Assembly (NCBI GenBank): GCA_030265395.1
Contig: JARFYF010000007.1
Coordinates: 38,086,924 to 38,150,923, forward strand
From: Rhina ancylostomus
Lineage: Eukaryota
Reading direction: 5' to 3'
DNA: 64,000 nucleotides
A program made the translations under genes and the position numbers. This document shows positions 63,726 to 64,000 of the stretch, piece after piece (position 1 is the stretch's first letter; every line of letters starts with the position of its first letter). The notes beneath the pieces were generated by a model. That model did no database searches and was not told the DNA's origin. It saw only the letters and a list, made by a program, of their open reading frames with translations.

Positions 63726-64000
63726 CCTTTGAAATGTCATTTATTTTGAGAACCACTTGACTAATGTGTTGAAGTTCTTGTTACACCCATCCCCCATCAA
63801 AAGAGTGCCCAAAAGAGTATTGTCGGCAAATGTAGTGCCATTTGAACAAAACAGTCACATTGATCTACCATTCATAATATCTGCCACAATATTTTCTTCC
63901 TTTTTCATTTATCTCACTCCAACATCTGGATCAAAGTAGTTGGCACCATATCAATAAAACACAGGTCGCAGAACATTGTAAAAAGCAATAGGGTTGTAGT

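Overview
Draft-assembly vertebrate genomic DNA (many N gaps), most likely a cartilaginous fish (shark or ray) judging by the repeat families (HE1-type V-SINEs, SacSINE1-like DeuSINEs, CR1, L2, REX1-like and Penelope fragments). Three intron-containing genes lie in the order known from human 2q11.2: RNF149 (+ strand; coding exons 2-7 at about 7.0-15.6 kb, exon 1 upstream of the window), CNOT11 (- strand; exons 1-6 at 35.5-24.6 kb, last exon not visible and probably inside the 22662-23349 gap) and the first coding exon of TBC1D8 (+ strand, 56970-57096). The rest is intron or intergenic DNA full of decayed retroelements. Main second-look items: (1) several Penelope-derived terminal-repeat copies carrying a minimal hammerhead ribozyme core, one directly downstream of a GIY-YIG C-terminus; (2) unexplained + strand splice-site pairs between CNOT11 and TBC1D8, including a 15-nt microexon candidate, suggesting an unannotated divergent transcript; (3) uORFs next to the TBC1D8 and CNOT11 start codons. 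No prokaryotic-type system is present and I cannot demonstrate a new system from sequence alone. Homology calls rest on recalled sequences, not searches; repeat boundaries are approximate.
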